Source: an archaeon
GTDB lineage: Archaea; Nanobdellota; Nanobdellia; Pacearchaeales; GW2011-AR1
Direction: 5' to 3'
NCBI GenBank assembly: GCA_018657525.1
Contig: JABHWZ010000003.1
Span: 14,840-78,839 of the forward strand
Length of the DNA: 64,000 nt
The position numbers and the translations under genes were made by a program. The notes below the pieces were generated by a model. The model was not told the origin of the DNA. It ran no database searches and saw nothing but the letters and a program-made list of their open reading frames with translations. Positions 28,753 through 38,210 of this stretch are shown here, one piece after another (position 1 is the first letter of the stretch; each line of letters begins with the position of its first letter).

Positions 28753-30243
28753 ATGGTTGAAAAAAGTTATAGTGAAGAATATAGTTCACGAATTGCTGGA
28801 AAATTACAAAAATTGGAGTCAAAGATAGGCAAAGAGAGAGTTCGTTCTATTGTTGATGTGTCTAAATTGTACAGTAGAGATTTGGAAGTTTTAAATGCTT
28901 TAGTTAATTATGGATTAAGAAATCCAGAATTAGTGGAAGGGGGAGTTGAACAATTTAGAGATAGAAAAGTGGTAGATTATTTAGGCAAATTAACTACCGA
29001 TAATCTTCCTTATAAGGTGGCTGTGCAGGGGTTGATGGATGCTCATCCTTATCTGGCTGCTTCTTTGGTAGATGTTTTAAAGAAATATTCTAAACCTCAA
29101 ATTTTAGATGTTGCTAATTGGTTAAAAAGGTTAAGTAGGAGAGCTAAGGAGAGAAAAAATATTGAAGATATTCCTGGTTTTATGTCTGATGCGATAAGTA
29201 GATTGGGGGATGAAACCGTTGTTAATAAATTGGAAGATGAATCTGGTGATTCTCAGAAGGATAAAAGAAGAGTCGTTCAAATAACGGGTATTGATCCGAA
29301 TGAAATTGGTTATGTTGTTCCAGTTAAAGGTTCGGGTAGAATTCCTGAAAATGAAGTGTCTCAGCTTGAACATTATTCAAGAGTATTTATGGAAGGTTTA
29401 AGAAAATCAGATCCTGATTGCGTATTTCTTTGTGCTGCTTCTGGAGTTCCAATGGGGTGGGCAGTTAAATCAGCTTGGAAGGCTGCTTATCCTGGAGAGA
29501 AGATTCCGGCTTTTTATACTATTGATCCAAAAGCACCTTTTAGGTCAGATAAAATTCTTAAAGATTTTTTTGGGAAAAAAATTCCTCAAAATGCGAGAGT
29601 TGTTATTTCAGATGATCAGTTAGGAACTTCTTCTGGTTTTGCTAGGGATATGGTTAATAAATATGCAAAAATATCTGGCACAAAATTAGATTTACTGAAG
29701 CTCAAGGAGTGGGTATATCCGGGATATTTTTATAGATTATTTGATTATAAAGGTTTGCCTGGTCCGGTAGACGAGGGTAAGGAAGTTGCTCCGGTAGTAA
29801 GATTTTTTGGGGCTCATCGTAAATCTGCAAGAAAAGTTCCTTTTTATGGAGAGCTTTCTCCTGGACAATTGAAGAAATTAGAAGCAGAGGGAAAAGCTAG
29901 TTTGGCAGGGAGGAGAAAACCTAGGGGGGCTGAAAAGGGGGCTTTAACTTATATTAGGACTTTGAAGAAAATTGGACAGGTTGCTGGAGAAAAATTAAAG
30001 AGAGAAATGGAAGGGGGAAAATCTACTTTTAATTTAGAAAAACAACTTTATTCTATTTTAGCAGTTGGAGGAATTCTTTTTGGATTAATTTTTGGAGGAT
30101 TTAATTTGACAGGGAATGTTATTTTAGGGTTCTCAAGTAGAATTAGTTCTTCAATAAGTGGGATTTCTTTTTTGTTAGGAATATTTGCTAGTTTTTTATG
30201 GTTAATGGAAAATAAACGTGGACGTTATTATAAAAAATATTAA
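28753..30243 (+). CDS. hypothetical protein with a phosphoribosyltransferase-like motif and a C-terminal TM-NLTGNVI-TM module
   Basis: ARVVISDDQLGTSSGF resembles a PRPP-binding loop. C-terminal hairpin anchor. Start moved to MVEKSY because the track N-terminus is antisense to the neighbouring gene. Confidence 0.45.
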   Translation: MVEKSYSEEYSSRIAGKLQKLESKIGKERVRSIVDVSKLYSRDLEVLNALVNYGLRNPELVEGGVEQFRDRKVVDYLGKLTTDNLPYKVAVQGLMDAHPYLAASLVDVLKKYSKPQILDVANWLKRLSRRAKERKNIEDIPGFMSDAISRLGDETVVNKLEDESGDSQKDKRRVVQITGIDPNEIGYVVPVKGSGRIPENEVSQLEHYSRVFMEGLRKSDPDCVFLCAASGVPMGWAVKSAWKAAYPGEKIPAFYTIDPKAPFRSDKILKDFFGKKIPQNARVVISDDQLGTSSGFARDMVNKYAKISGTKLDLLKLKEWVYPGYFYRLFDYKGLPGPVDEGKEVAPVVRFFGAHRKSARKVPFYGELSPGQLKKLEAEGKASLAGRRKPRGAEKGALTYIRTLKKIGQVAGEKLKREMEGGKSTFNLEKQLYSILAVGGILFGLIFGGFNLTGNVILGFSSRISSSISGISFLLGIFASFLWLMENKRGRYYKKY

Positions 30244-30252
30244 TTCTTAGTT

Positions 30253-32871
30253 TTAAAAATCTCCAAGAGTCATTTGTTTTTTGCCCTCGAGAATTTCTTT
30301 GATATTGACATCTAAAACTTGGAAAATATTTTCTACTGCCGGAAGAATTTGTTTGTTCAAATAATATTCAATTTCGTATTCTCCTTTTTCAGTTGGAAGT
30401 TTTACTTTATCTCGTACGAGTTTTACTTTTTTCCCTCCTGTCTCGGCGATGTAATATTCAATTAAATTCCCTTGAGAAACAGGGATTTCTTGTTCTTTCA
30501 TTTTTTTTGCTGCAATCACATGTGGGCCCTGAGCTTTGTATTCTGAGAGGGGTTTTTTCAGTTGGGTTTTAATCATTAATTCTTTTAATTTAATTTCTCT
30601 GTTTTTTATTTTTTTTACAATTTCTTTGATATAAATTAAGGCTTTTTTTTCGTTTCCGTCTTTTAAAACTAACTGGATAATTTTGTTTTGTGTTTTTCTT
30701 GCTAGTTTACACCAGTCTCTTCGAACTGTTTCAAAACCGCGGATTTTTATTTTGTCTTCTTTGTCGATTAAGGCGTATTTCTTTTTCGCACCTGTTGTTC
30801 CTGCGCGAGTTGTTACCCAAAGTCCTTTTTCAAAAAATCCTTCAAGTTCGAGTTCCATTATTCCTGGAAGTTTGGAGTTGATTTGTTTTAGAGTTTCTTT
30901 GACTTCTTTTTTGGTCTTTTCGTTGATTAAAAATGCGATTGAATCTGTGTCAGAGTAAATTGTTTTGTAGCCTTCTTTGTCAATTCCCTTGATTGTGTTT
31001 TTAATGAAGTCGCGACTGATTGCGGTTGCTGCTCCAGAGGCTTCAGGACAATAATATCTTGCGCCGAAAAATCCCATATAACCATAAGATGCGTTTGCTA
31101 AAAGTTTGAAAGCATTGCTTCGCGCTTTTTTTAAAACGTCTGGTTTTTCAAACAGTTCTTTTTTGTATTGTTTTCTTTTTTCAATTATTTCTTTTAATAG
31201 TTCTGGAAAGAAACCTGTTTTTTTTGTGAAGTAAACTTTTTTTCCCAGGACTTCAGCTTCGACGGAATCTTTTTCTTTTTTTTCTAGGAGGGTTGATTTT
31301 GATAAATTAAATGTTACTATTATGCTTGGCCAAAAACTTGTGAAATCAAACATTGCAATGTTTTCGTATAAATTTGGGATTGGTTCGAAGACAAATGCGC
31401 CTTCGTATTTTTCTCTTTCTCTTCTTTCTTGGATTTCTTTGTAGCCTGCTTTTCTTTCTGGAATTTCGTTGAAGCGTTTTAAATTATGTAGAATATAATC
31501 TTCAACATTTGAAGACATTCCTTTCCTTGAGACATCAAAGGGGGGTTCTTGAATTACTCTTGAGAATTCTAAAATGTCTGGCCAGAATTTATTGAATAAC
31601 TGGAATGTTAAGAGTGAATCGTGCAAATTGTATTCATAATATTTCTCCCATTCGTTTTCTTTTATTTTTGAAGAGTGTTTAAATTCAAAGTCTTTTTTTG
31701 TGTCGCCTAAAAATTCTTTTGAAACTTCATTTAGCGAGAGAGTTTCTGATTGCATGTACTGAGAGTATGCGGTTCTGATGAATTTTAATAAGTCAATATG
31801 GGGAATGCCTTTTATTTTGCATTTTAAATCTCTGCCTCCGCCGGTTCTTGAAAATCTTGGTTGTGAGTCGTCGAGTCCTAGGTTTAATTTAATGTTGAAT
31901 TTTTGAGCTCTTGCTTTTATGTAGGGTAAGTCAAAACCGTCTGAATAATATCCTACTAAAAAATCAGGGGAGATTTTTTTTACATATTCAATAAATTTTT
32001 CAATTAGTTCTGCTTCGTCCTCGACATATTCCACTTCATTTGATTTATGTTCTGATGGCTCCTGACCTCGCTCGGAATTTTTATTTTTACCTTCGGAATT
32101 TTTTCTCGCAAAATCACTCGTTTTCCATGTTATAACTTTTTTGAAATTGTCTGAAACTAAAGACACCATAAGAATTTCTCCTTCCCCGATTCCGATTTCA
32201 TCTGTTTCAATATCAAAGGCAAGGGTTTTTGGAGTAAAAGTTTTTTTGATATCCTTTTCTCTAATTTTTTTTATTGTGTTTACTTTTATGCACATATCAA
32301 CATCAAGTGCCATGTCAATGCCTCCGAATTCTTCTGAGTTGTTGAGTAATTCTCCTTCAATTTTATACCAGTTTAGTGGGACTAATTCTTTTTCTATAAT
32401 GTAATGGCTGATATATCCCAAGTCATAGCCTCTTCTTTTGTCAATTTCTGGGAAGTCGATGTGGCTTGCAATGTCGTGCATGTCTTTATAGTTTGTCGCG
32501 AATACTTTTAGGGCCTGGACTTTTTGCCCAAGGAAATTTTTTTCATGTAACTCTACTTTTTCAACTTTTGTTTTTCTGCCTTTTACATCTAATTGAATTT
32601 TAAGAATTTTTTTAGTTATTTTTTCAACACTGCTCAGTGTGCCTTTCTTTGCGGACCGATCGGCATACTCCAAAAAGTTTGAATTCTGGAGCAAGTGCTT
32701 GGGTGTTTTGATTTGAGAAATTTTTGGTTTTAGAATTGCCCAGAGATAAACTGGACATTCATCTATAATGCAAATTTGTTTGCCTGTTTCGTTTCTTCCG
32801 ATGATTCGCGCGTAGTTTCTTCCTTTAAAATCAAAGTAATCGTAGTCAATTGGGATGAATTTTGTTTCCAT
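30253..32871 (-). CDS. polB: family-B DNA polymerase
   Basis: Exo motifs FDIET and YSDGFDLPYI. Pol motifs SFWPSIIV, KLLANASYGY and YSDTDS. C-terminal QMTLGDF is PIP-like. Start at METKFIPIDYDYF; upstream track codons are rejected. Confidence 0.95.
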   Translation of the reverse strand: METKFIPIDYDYFDFKGRNYARIIGRNETGKQICIIDECPVYLWAILKPKISQIKTPKHLLQNSNFLEYADRSAKKGTLSSVEKITKKILKIQLDVKGRKTKVEKVELHEKNFLGQKVQALKVFATNYKDMHDIASHIDFPEIDKRRGYDLGYISHYIIEKELVPLNWYKIEGELLNNSEEFGGIDMALDVDMCIKVNTIKKIREKDIKKTFTPKTLAFDIETDEIGIGEGEILMVSLVSDNFKKVITWKTSDFARKNSEGKNKNSERGQEPSEHKSNEVEYVEDEAELIEKFIEYVKKISPDFLVGYYSDGFDLPYIKARAQKFNIKLNLGLDDSQPRFSRTGGGRDLKCKIKGIPHIDLLKFIRTAYSQYMQSETLSLNEVSKEFLGDTKKDFEFKHSSKIKENEWEKYYEYNLHDSLLTFQLFNKFWPDILEFSRVIQEPPFDVSRKGMSSNVEDYILHNLKRFNEIPERKAGYKEIQERREREKYEGAFVFEPIPNLYENIAMFDFTSFWPSIIVTFNLSKSTLLEKKEKDSVEAEVLGKKVYFTKKTGFFPELLKEIIEKRKQYKKELFEKPDVLKKARSNAFKLLANASYGYMGFFGARYYCPEASGAATAISRDFIKNTIKGIDKEGYKTIYSDTDSIAFLINEKTKKEVKETLKQINSKLPGIMELELEGFFEKGLWVTTRAGTTGAKKKYALIDKEDKIKIRGFETVRRDWCKLARKTQNKIIQLVLKDGNEKKALIYIKEIVKKIKNREIKLKELMIKTQLKKPLSEYKAQGPHVIAAKKMKEQEIPVSQGNLIEYYIAETGGKKVKLVRDKVKLPTEKGEYEIEYYLNKQILPAVENIFQVLDVNIKEILEGKKQMTLGDF
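32622..32672. repeat. hairpin element AACACTGCTCAGTGT..TTTGCGG.., copy inside polB (in frame)
   Basis: Aligns with 39901..39951. Confidence 0.8.
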
Positions 32872-32967
32872 GTTTTGGTAAAAGACTGTAGATTTATATA
32901 TTTGATTGTATTTTTTGTTACCCCTCTTAAATGCTAAATACCAAAGATTTATATAGTCCTGGGCCCT

Positions 32968-33429
32968 ATGAGTAATATGGATACAACTGGTTATTCGGAA
33001 GGATTTCTCTCCAGTGAAGGAGGAGCACTTGTATCTGTTGGTGTCGCAAATCAACCAGATCCTGTTGATTATGATGCTTTGGAAGTAAAATATGGCCGAA
33101 CAAAGGATCAAGAACCTAGCGTTAAAGAATTGATTGATATTTCTGAAGAATCGTGTAGGGGAAGACAAGTACTTTTAGGAGATGAATTTGAGACTCTTGA
33201 AGATAATGCTGAGTTAAGGAAAGCTAGAAATTTATTGGGCAGATGTGATTTTGCTTGGGGTGTTTGGGGCGAAGATACTTGGAGGATATATGGTTTGCCA
33301 GTTCTTAGAGCGGTTGAAAAAGAGTATGGTCTTGCACCTATTAAATCTAGGAAAATTCCTCTTTCAAAGAAACTTTGGATGAGAAGAGATTTTTTAGCTA
33401 ATAAAATAACTGAACTGCAACATCAATAA
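32968..33429 (+). CDS. hypothetical acidic protein
   Basis: 153-aa ORF divergent from polB. No motif. Confidence 0.35.
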   Translation: MSNMDTTGYSEGFLSSEGGALVSVGVANQPDPVDYDALEVKYGRTKDQEPSVKELIDISEESCRGRQVLLGDEFETLEDNAELRKARNLLGRCDFAWGVWGEDTWRIYGLPVLRAVEKEYGLAPIKSRKIPLSKKLWMRRDFLANKITELQHQ

Positions 33430-33468
33430 ATATTTATATTCTGTTTTTCTTAGTTTTATTAATAGAAT

Positions 33469-33561
33469 AAATTTAATCAGCCCAATTCGCTCTCGCTCAT
33501 TTTCCCAACCGCGAGTCCTATTTGCTGAAATTTCATAGAAATTTCAGTTATGAATAAATTT
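33469..33561 (+). mobile_element. MITE-like element A, copy 1 (93 nt, 10-11 nt terminal inverted repeats)
   Basis: AAATTTAATCA...TGAATAAATTT ends, internal CAGCCCAATTCGCTCTCGCTCATTTTCCCAACCGCGAG, and a subterminal hairpin. Confidence 0.75.
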
Positions 33562-33602
33562 ATTAAAAAGTAAAAGGAATAAAATTTAAAAATAAAAATA
33601 AA

Positions 33603-34640
33603 ATGGGATTAAATATTCGAGATATTATACCGAAAAAAGAATTGCAACTTGAGAGTTTGAATGGGAAGACTCTTTGTGTTGATGCGTTTAATACTTTATA
33701 TCAGTTTTTGTCAAGTGTGCGGCAGATGGATGGGACGCCTTTGATGGATTCTAAAAAACAGATTACTTCTCATCTTTCTGGGATTCTTTATCGTAATGCG
33801 GCTTTGTTAGAGCAAGGAATTAAATTAGTTTATGTTTTTGATGGGAAGGCCCCAGATTTAAAAGCGAAGACTCACAAAAAGAGAAAGGAAGCTAAAGAAC
33901 TGGCTGCTGAAAAATATGAAGAGGCAAAGCAAGAAGAGGACATTATGAGAATGAAAAGATATTCTAGCCAATTAGTTCGTTTAGATGATGAGATGATTAA
34001 AGAGAGTAAAGAATTATTGATTGCTATGGGAGTGGCAATTGTGCAGGCACCGTCAGAGGGAGAAGCAGAGGCAGCTTATTTGGCAAAGAAAAAAGAAGTT
34101 TATGCTGCAGCGAGTCAAGATTATGATAGTTTGCTTTTTGGAACTCCTCGTTTAATTCAGAATTTGACTTTGGCAAGAAAGAGAAAAACTATTTCAGGTT
34201 ATCGAGAAGTAAATCCTGAATTAATTGATTTGCAAGAAGTTTTGGATAGATTGGAAATTGATTTAGATCAATTAATTTGTTTGGGAATTTTGGTTGGCAC
34301 AGATTATAATCCGAAGGGGATTCCAGGGATTGGACAAAAGAAGGCATTACAAATTGTTCAGAAATTTAAACAGCCGGTTTTAATTTTTAAGGAAATCAAT
34401 GAAAAAATTTCTTCTTTGCCAGAGGAAGATCAATTTGATTGGAAAGAAATTTTTGCATTGTTTCATAAACATCCTGTTAAGGATGTGGAATTTGATTTTG
34501 GGAAAATTGATGAAGATAAAATTCGTGAAATACTTGTGACAAGACACGAATTTTCTGAAGAGAGAGTTGAAAAACAGATTGAGAGATTAAGGAAAATTGA
34601 AGAGAAAGGAAAACAAAAAGGTTTGGATAAGTGGTTTTAA
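33603..34640 (+). CDS. fen: flap endonuclease 1
   Basis: MGLNIRDIIP.., VFDG, EGEAEAAYL, GTDYNPKGIPGIGQKKA (H3TH). C-terminal PIP box QKGLDKWF. Confidence 0.95.
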   Translation: MGLNIRDIIPKKELQLESLNGKTLCVDAFNTLYQFLSSVRQMDGTPLMDSKKQITSHLSGILYRNAALLEQGIKLVYVFDGKAPDLKAKTHKKRKEAKELAAEKYEEAKQEEDIMRMKRYSSQLVRLDDEMIKESKELLIAMGVAIVQAPSEGEAEAAYLAKKKEVYAAASQDYDSLLFGTPRLIQNLTLARKRKTISGYREVNPELIDLQEVLDRLEIDLDQLICLGILVGTDYNPKGIPGIGQKKALQIVQKFKQPVLIFKEINEKISSLPEEDQFDWKEIFALFHKHPVKDVEFDFGKIDEDKIREILVTRHEFSEERVEKQIERLRKIEEKGKQKGLDKWF

Positions 34641-34645
34641 GAAAC

Positions 34646-34738
34646 AAATTCAATCAGCCCAATTCGCTCTCGCTCATTTTCCCAACCGCAAACCCTAATT
34701 GTAAAATTTCTTTTAGAAATTTTATTATGATTGAATTT
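34646..34738 (+). mobile_element. MITE-like element A, copy 2
   Basis: AAATTCAATCA...TGATTGAATTT. The first 50 nt are nearly identical to copy 1. Confidence 0.8.
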
Positions 34739-34791
34739 AGAAATTAAATATGGAATAAAAAATAATTGAAATATATTTTACAAAATAAAGT

Positions 34792-35169
34792 TTATTTTTT
34801 ATGTTTATATTCTTGATAAACTATAATTCCTAGAATTACTAATACTAAAATAAATAGAACTTGACCGAATTCGAATTTGTCAAACCAATCCCAGATGTTC
34901 CAGCTGAAATTGAAACTCGGGCTTTTCATTGAACCTATTCCGTAAGTTATTAATATTGCTAGGGAGAGTGCAATTATGTTTCCTATTTTTTTGTTTTCGT
35001 CTTTGAAGAATTTTGTTAACGCGAAACTTAAAAGAGCGAAGGCAATAACGAAAGTTGTGATAAGAATTACCGAGGTGGAATCAACGCTGTCTATGAAGTC
35101 TCTTGCACCTTGTGCGCTTATTTGGCTTATTAAAAAAACACCAATTAAAAATAATCCTTTCTTTTCCAT
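34792..35169 (-). CDS. small membrane protein (signal peptide plus 3 TM)
   Basis: Hydrophobicity pattern only. Confidence 0.45.
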   Translation of the reverse strand: MEKKGLFLIGVFLISQISAQGARDFIDSVDSTSVILITTFVIAFALLSFALTKFFKDENKKIGNIIALSLAILITYGIGSMKSPSFNFSWNIWDWFDKFEFGQVLFILVLVILGIIVYQEYKHKK

Positions 35170-35226
35170 ATTATCTTTTGGGAATTGCTTTTTATAAATT
35201 TTTGGATATTTTAAATTAGGATAATC

Positions 35227-35234
35227 TTTATAAA
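35227..35234 (+). promoter_or_regulatory. TATA box (TTTATAAA)
   Basis: 21 nt before ATG 35256. Confidence 0.4.
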
Positions 35235-35255
35235 GTATTTTTGCATGAACATAAT

Positions 35256-36047
35256 ATGAAAAAGGGATTGAGTTTAGTGTTTGCGAGTTTGTTGGTGTTA
35301 ACTATTTTTAGTAGTGCTTTTATTTCTGCTCAAGAAGAAAAAGGATTTTGGGCAAGTTGGAAAACTGGAGAGATTAATAATGACCTTTTGAAATATATGC
35401 TTTTGATTATTGTCACACTTGTTGTTTTTATGTTTCTTGCAGTTATGAATTTTCCTTCGAAGGGGAGTGGAGTTATAAGATTATTACTTTCCGTCTTTGT
35501 AGGGTTTTTAGGAACTTGGTTAATTAAAGGTACAGAACTTTATGCTGTTTTGGTTTCTTATTCTGGTTTAGGATTTGCTATAACTGTATTTTTGCCAATT
35601 ATAATTTTGGTGTTTATTACTCTTGGAATGGGTAAGAAAGGGAATATGTTTGGAATTTATTCTTCTATAATTTTATGGGTGATTTACTCCTTATATGTAT
35701 TTTTTAAGGGAGCAGTGATTTTAATGAGTAAAGCTACCCCCACTTTTCTTGGAGACTTTTTTGGTCAGCCTTTTTGGTATGAAACTAGAGAGTTCTTTAT
35801 AAAAGCAGGACTTTCTGAGGAGAGTTTTAAAATTGTAGGGATAGAAAATATCGAGCCTATTTGGGGATATCTATTGATGATTTTAGGAATTGCAACTTTT
35901 GTGTTTGGGGTTTTATTAGTTGGGAAGTGGAGAAAATGGATGATGGAAAAATTAAGTGATTCTCAAATTGATATTTGGGCAGATACTGTGAAAAAAGCAA
36001 GCGCTAATCTTGGTGCAGCAGCTAATCTTGGTAGTGATGATAAATAA
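35256..36047 (+). CDS. polytopic membrane protein (signal peptide plus about 6 TM)
   Basis: Hydrophobicity pattern. TTTATAAA at 35227-35234, about 21 nt before this ATG. Confidence 0.45.
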   Translation: MKKGLSLVFASLLVLTIFSSAFISAQEEKGFWASWKTGEINNDLLKYMLLIIVTLVVFMFLAVMNFPSKGSGVIRLLLSVFVGFLGTWLIKGTELYAVLVSYSGLGFAITVFLPIIILVFITLGMGKKGNMFGIYSSIILWVIYSLYVFFKGAVILMSKATPTFLGDFFGQPFWYETREFFIKAGLSEESFKIVGIENIEPIWGYLLMILGIATFVFGVLLVGKWRKWMMEKLSDSQIDIWADTVKKASANLGAAANLGSDDK

Positions 36048-36174
36048 TTTTGTTTGAGATAGTTAATTTTTGAAGAGAAATAATTTTGAGAAGTTTTAGA
36101 ATGGAGTTTTAAATAATAAGTAATTTTGGTTGGAGTTTCTATAATGTTAGATTCAGGATATTTTTATGAGAATT

Positions 36175-37083
36175 TTATTTTCCTAATTCTTCTGCTGCTT
36201 CACCAACTGCTCCGAGAGTTTTTAATCCTTTGATTCCTGTCTCTGCAGTTCTTTTTGCTTTAGCTCGGAAGCCAAATGCTTCAGAAATTATTTTGTCTAA
36301 TAGTTTAAAGATTAACGCTAAAATCAATGCGATTAGTATCGACGCTATGATTGATATTATTAAAGTATTTTTAAAGTTGGGTTCAAATTTGATAATTCCA
36401 AAAAGAATTGTAACTAGTTTGAAGAGCCATTCTTTGAAAAAATTACTGAGACTAATTATTAATTTATTGTCTTGTATTGTATAAAAAAATGCTCCTCCCA
36501 ATACCAGCCAAAGACCTGTGTTAATACTTCCTCCAAATTTAAGAATTTCTGCTACGGGTTTGATTACAGGGATTTTATCTGCAATTAGTTCTAGAAGATA
36601 GAATCTTATTAGTATTATTATCACAAGAGGGATTAGGAAATATTTTAATATGTTCCAGATAGTATTGAATTCATTTTGGATAAAGTTTCCTAATAAATTT
36701 CTTAGTTCTTTTTCTTTTTCTTCTAGAGTGTTTTCTTTGTCTAGTAATTGCTGTTGTATTTCTGGAAGGCTTTCATAGAGTTTTATTAAAGCATTATCAT
36801 ATAATGTAGTTCCTTCTGCATCTTTATTTACTTCTTCAAAGTTATCTAATTCCTCGTTAACGGTTCCTAATTCATTTGCTAATTTTTTTATTTCTTCTTT
36901 TAATTCTTTTACATCTTTTTCTAATCCTTTCTTTGCTGTTTCGTACGCAGATTGGCTCGTTGCTGAAGGGGATGTGGTTGGAGGGGCGGGGGCATTTTGA
37001 GCTTGAACTGTTTGAATTGAGAAAACACTTATTAAAAAAATTGATAGAATCATTAATGATAAAAATATTTTTCCCTCTTTCAT
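36175..37083 (-). CDS. membrane protein: signal peptide, Pro/Thr/Ser linker, coiled coil, about 5 TM
   Basis: MKEGKIFLSLMILSIFLISVF.. then NAPAPPTTSPSATSQS, a heptad-like KELKEEIKKLANEL segment, and hydrophobic helices. Confidence 0.45.
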   Translation of the reverse strand: MKEGKIFLSLMILSIFLISVFSIQTVQAQNAPAPPTTSPSATSQSAYETAKKGLEKDVKELKEEIKKLANELGTVNEELDNFEEVNKDAEGTTLYDNALIKLYESLPEIQQQLLDKENTLEEKEKELRNLLGNFIQNEFNTIWNILKYFLIPLVIIILIRFYLLELIADKIPVIKPVAEILKFGGSINTGLWLVLGGAFFYTIQDNKLIISLSNFFKEWLFKLVTILFGIIKFEPNFKNTLIISIIASILIALILALIFKLLDKIISEAFGFRAKAKRTAETGIKGLKTLGAVGEAAEELGK

Positions 37084-37175
37084 GTTTGGAATATGAAAAG
37101 TTTCTTTAAATAGTTTATCATTTTTTGAATTGTGCAGAATGGTTTGGGTTTTGATTTTTTGGATTCCCACTATTA

Positions 37176-37226
37176 GTTGAGCTTTAGCTCAACGACCCAC
37201 CCTCGCCATCCCTCCCCCTTCGCCCC
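37176..37226. repeat. GC-rich element: perfect palindrome GTTGAGCT-TT-AGCTCAAC followed by GACCCACCCTCGCCATCCCTCCCCCTTCGCCCC
   Basis: Lies in the divergent intergenic region. Shares CCCTCGCC and CCCTCCCCC blocks with elements at 55129 and 58246. Confidence 0.6.
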
Positions 37227-37304
37227 AAAAATTTGTAAAAAATCAAACCTTATATAGAGTTAAATTATAAGAAGATATTTAAATAACATTTTCTATTTTA
37301 GTTT

Positions 37305-38201
37305 ATGAAAAGAAGAGGTTTAGTTGGTGATAAGCGAGGAGTTTCTTGGGATTTTTTAAAGAGTATAAAATTTTGGGCAATAGCCATAGTTTTCCTTCTT
37401 TTATTATTTTTAATTATTCGGGTATTTGATTATTCTTTTAATTCTAAATCTTTCCCAGATAAGGATGATTCTGTTGTGGTTAAGTATTTTCTTGAACCTT
37501 TTAGTAAGGGATTAATTGGTCCAAAAGGGATTCCTTTAAGTGTTGGTCCCGGGAAATATGGCGAGTTGTCTTGGAAAGAAATGTTTATAGATGATTCTTC
37601 AACAAAGAAATATGATCCTCCAATATTTCTTTCATTTAAAAATAAAGAATGGAAAGAGATGGGGTATTTTGTAAGATATAAATTTTATTCTATGTTAAAT
37701 TTGTCTGAAACGGCGTCAGGCACGGGTAAAATGATTGCTCGTTGGTTTGTGAGATCTGTTGGTAAATTTATTAGATTTTTTTTAATTGGGTTACTTGCGT
37801 TTTGGCCTGTGTCTGTACTTTTGTCTTTGTTAGTTAAATGGAGGGTTCTTGGAGGAGAAGAGGGATTTTTTGATAATTTTAAAGAAGGGAGTAAGACTAA
37901 AAAATCTATGGTGTTGATTGTTGCTTTAATTTATGCTGTTTTGATGGTTGTGCCTGTACTTGCAACTTTTATTGATATTATAACTTTAGGTATTATTTGG
38001 AGTGTTTTACCTTGGCCATTAAATCAGATTACAAGAATTTTTTTCTTAGCCATTTTTTTATTTATTTGTGCTTTTATAATTGGATTTTTTCCTGCGTTGA
38101 GAAGGAAGAAAAAAGAAACTGCTGAATTAGAAGGTATGAGAAATATGGCTGCTGGTTTAGCAATGAATCGTGTTATTGGTAAAATGGTTCGGGGAGATTA
38201 G
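37305..38201 (+). CDS. polytopic membrane protein
   Basis: N-terminal TM, an extracytoplasmic domain of about 110 aa, and 4 further TM. Confidence 0.45.
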   Translation: MKRRGLVGDKRGVSWDFLKSIKFWAIAIVFLLLLFLIIRVFDYSFNSKSFPDKDDSVVVKYFLEPFSKGLIGPKGIPLSVGPGKYGELSWKEMFIDDSSTKKYDPPIFLSFKNKEWKEMGYFVRYKFYSMLNLSETASGTGKMIARWFVRSVGKFIRFFLIGLLAFWPVSVLLSLLVKWRVLGGEEGFFDNFKEGSKTKKSMVLIVALIYAVLMVVPVLATFIDIITLGIIWSVLPWPLNQITRIFFLAIFLFICAFIIGFFPALRRKKKETAELEGMRNMAAGLAMNRVIGKMVRGD

Positions 38202-38210
38202 TAATTAAGT

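Noticed and set aside
30253-32871. Inteins in PolB (also considered for Cdc48, RFC and topoisomerase).
   Set aside because: The extra segments are only about 13-39 aa. They lack Cys/Ser/Thr N-terminal and His-Asn C-terminal splice junctions. They consist of dispersed nucleotide repeats also found in non-coding DNA.
32872-33168. N-terminal extensions of track ORFs: PolB codons 1-99; 26584-26691; 28582-28752; 37084-37170; 58392-58490; 53449-53493; 9169-9252.
   Set aside because: The extensions run through promoters, repeat elements or neighbouring genes. Internal ATGs give N-termini matching family consensus or signal peptides, with TATA boxes at the right distance.
37176-37226. GC-rich palindrome region considered as a tRNA or other small RNA gene.
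   Set aside because: No cloverleaf or known RNA motif can be drawn. It shares blocks with the dispersed element family, so it is listed as a repeat.
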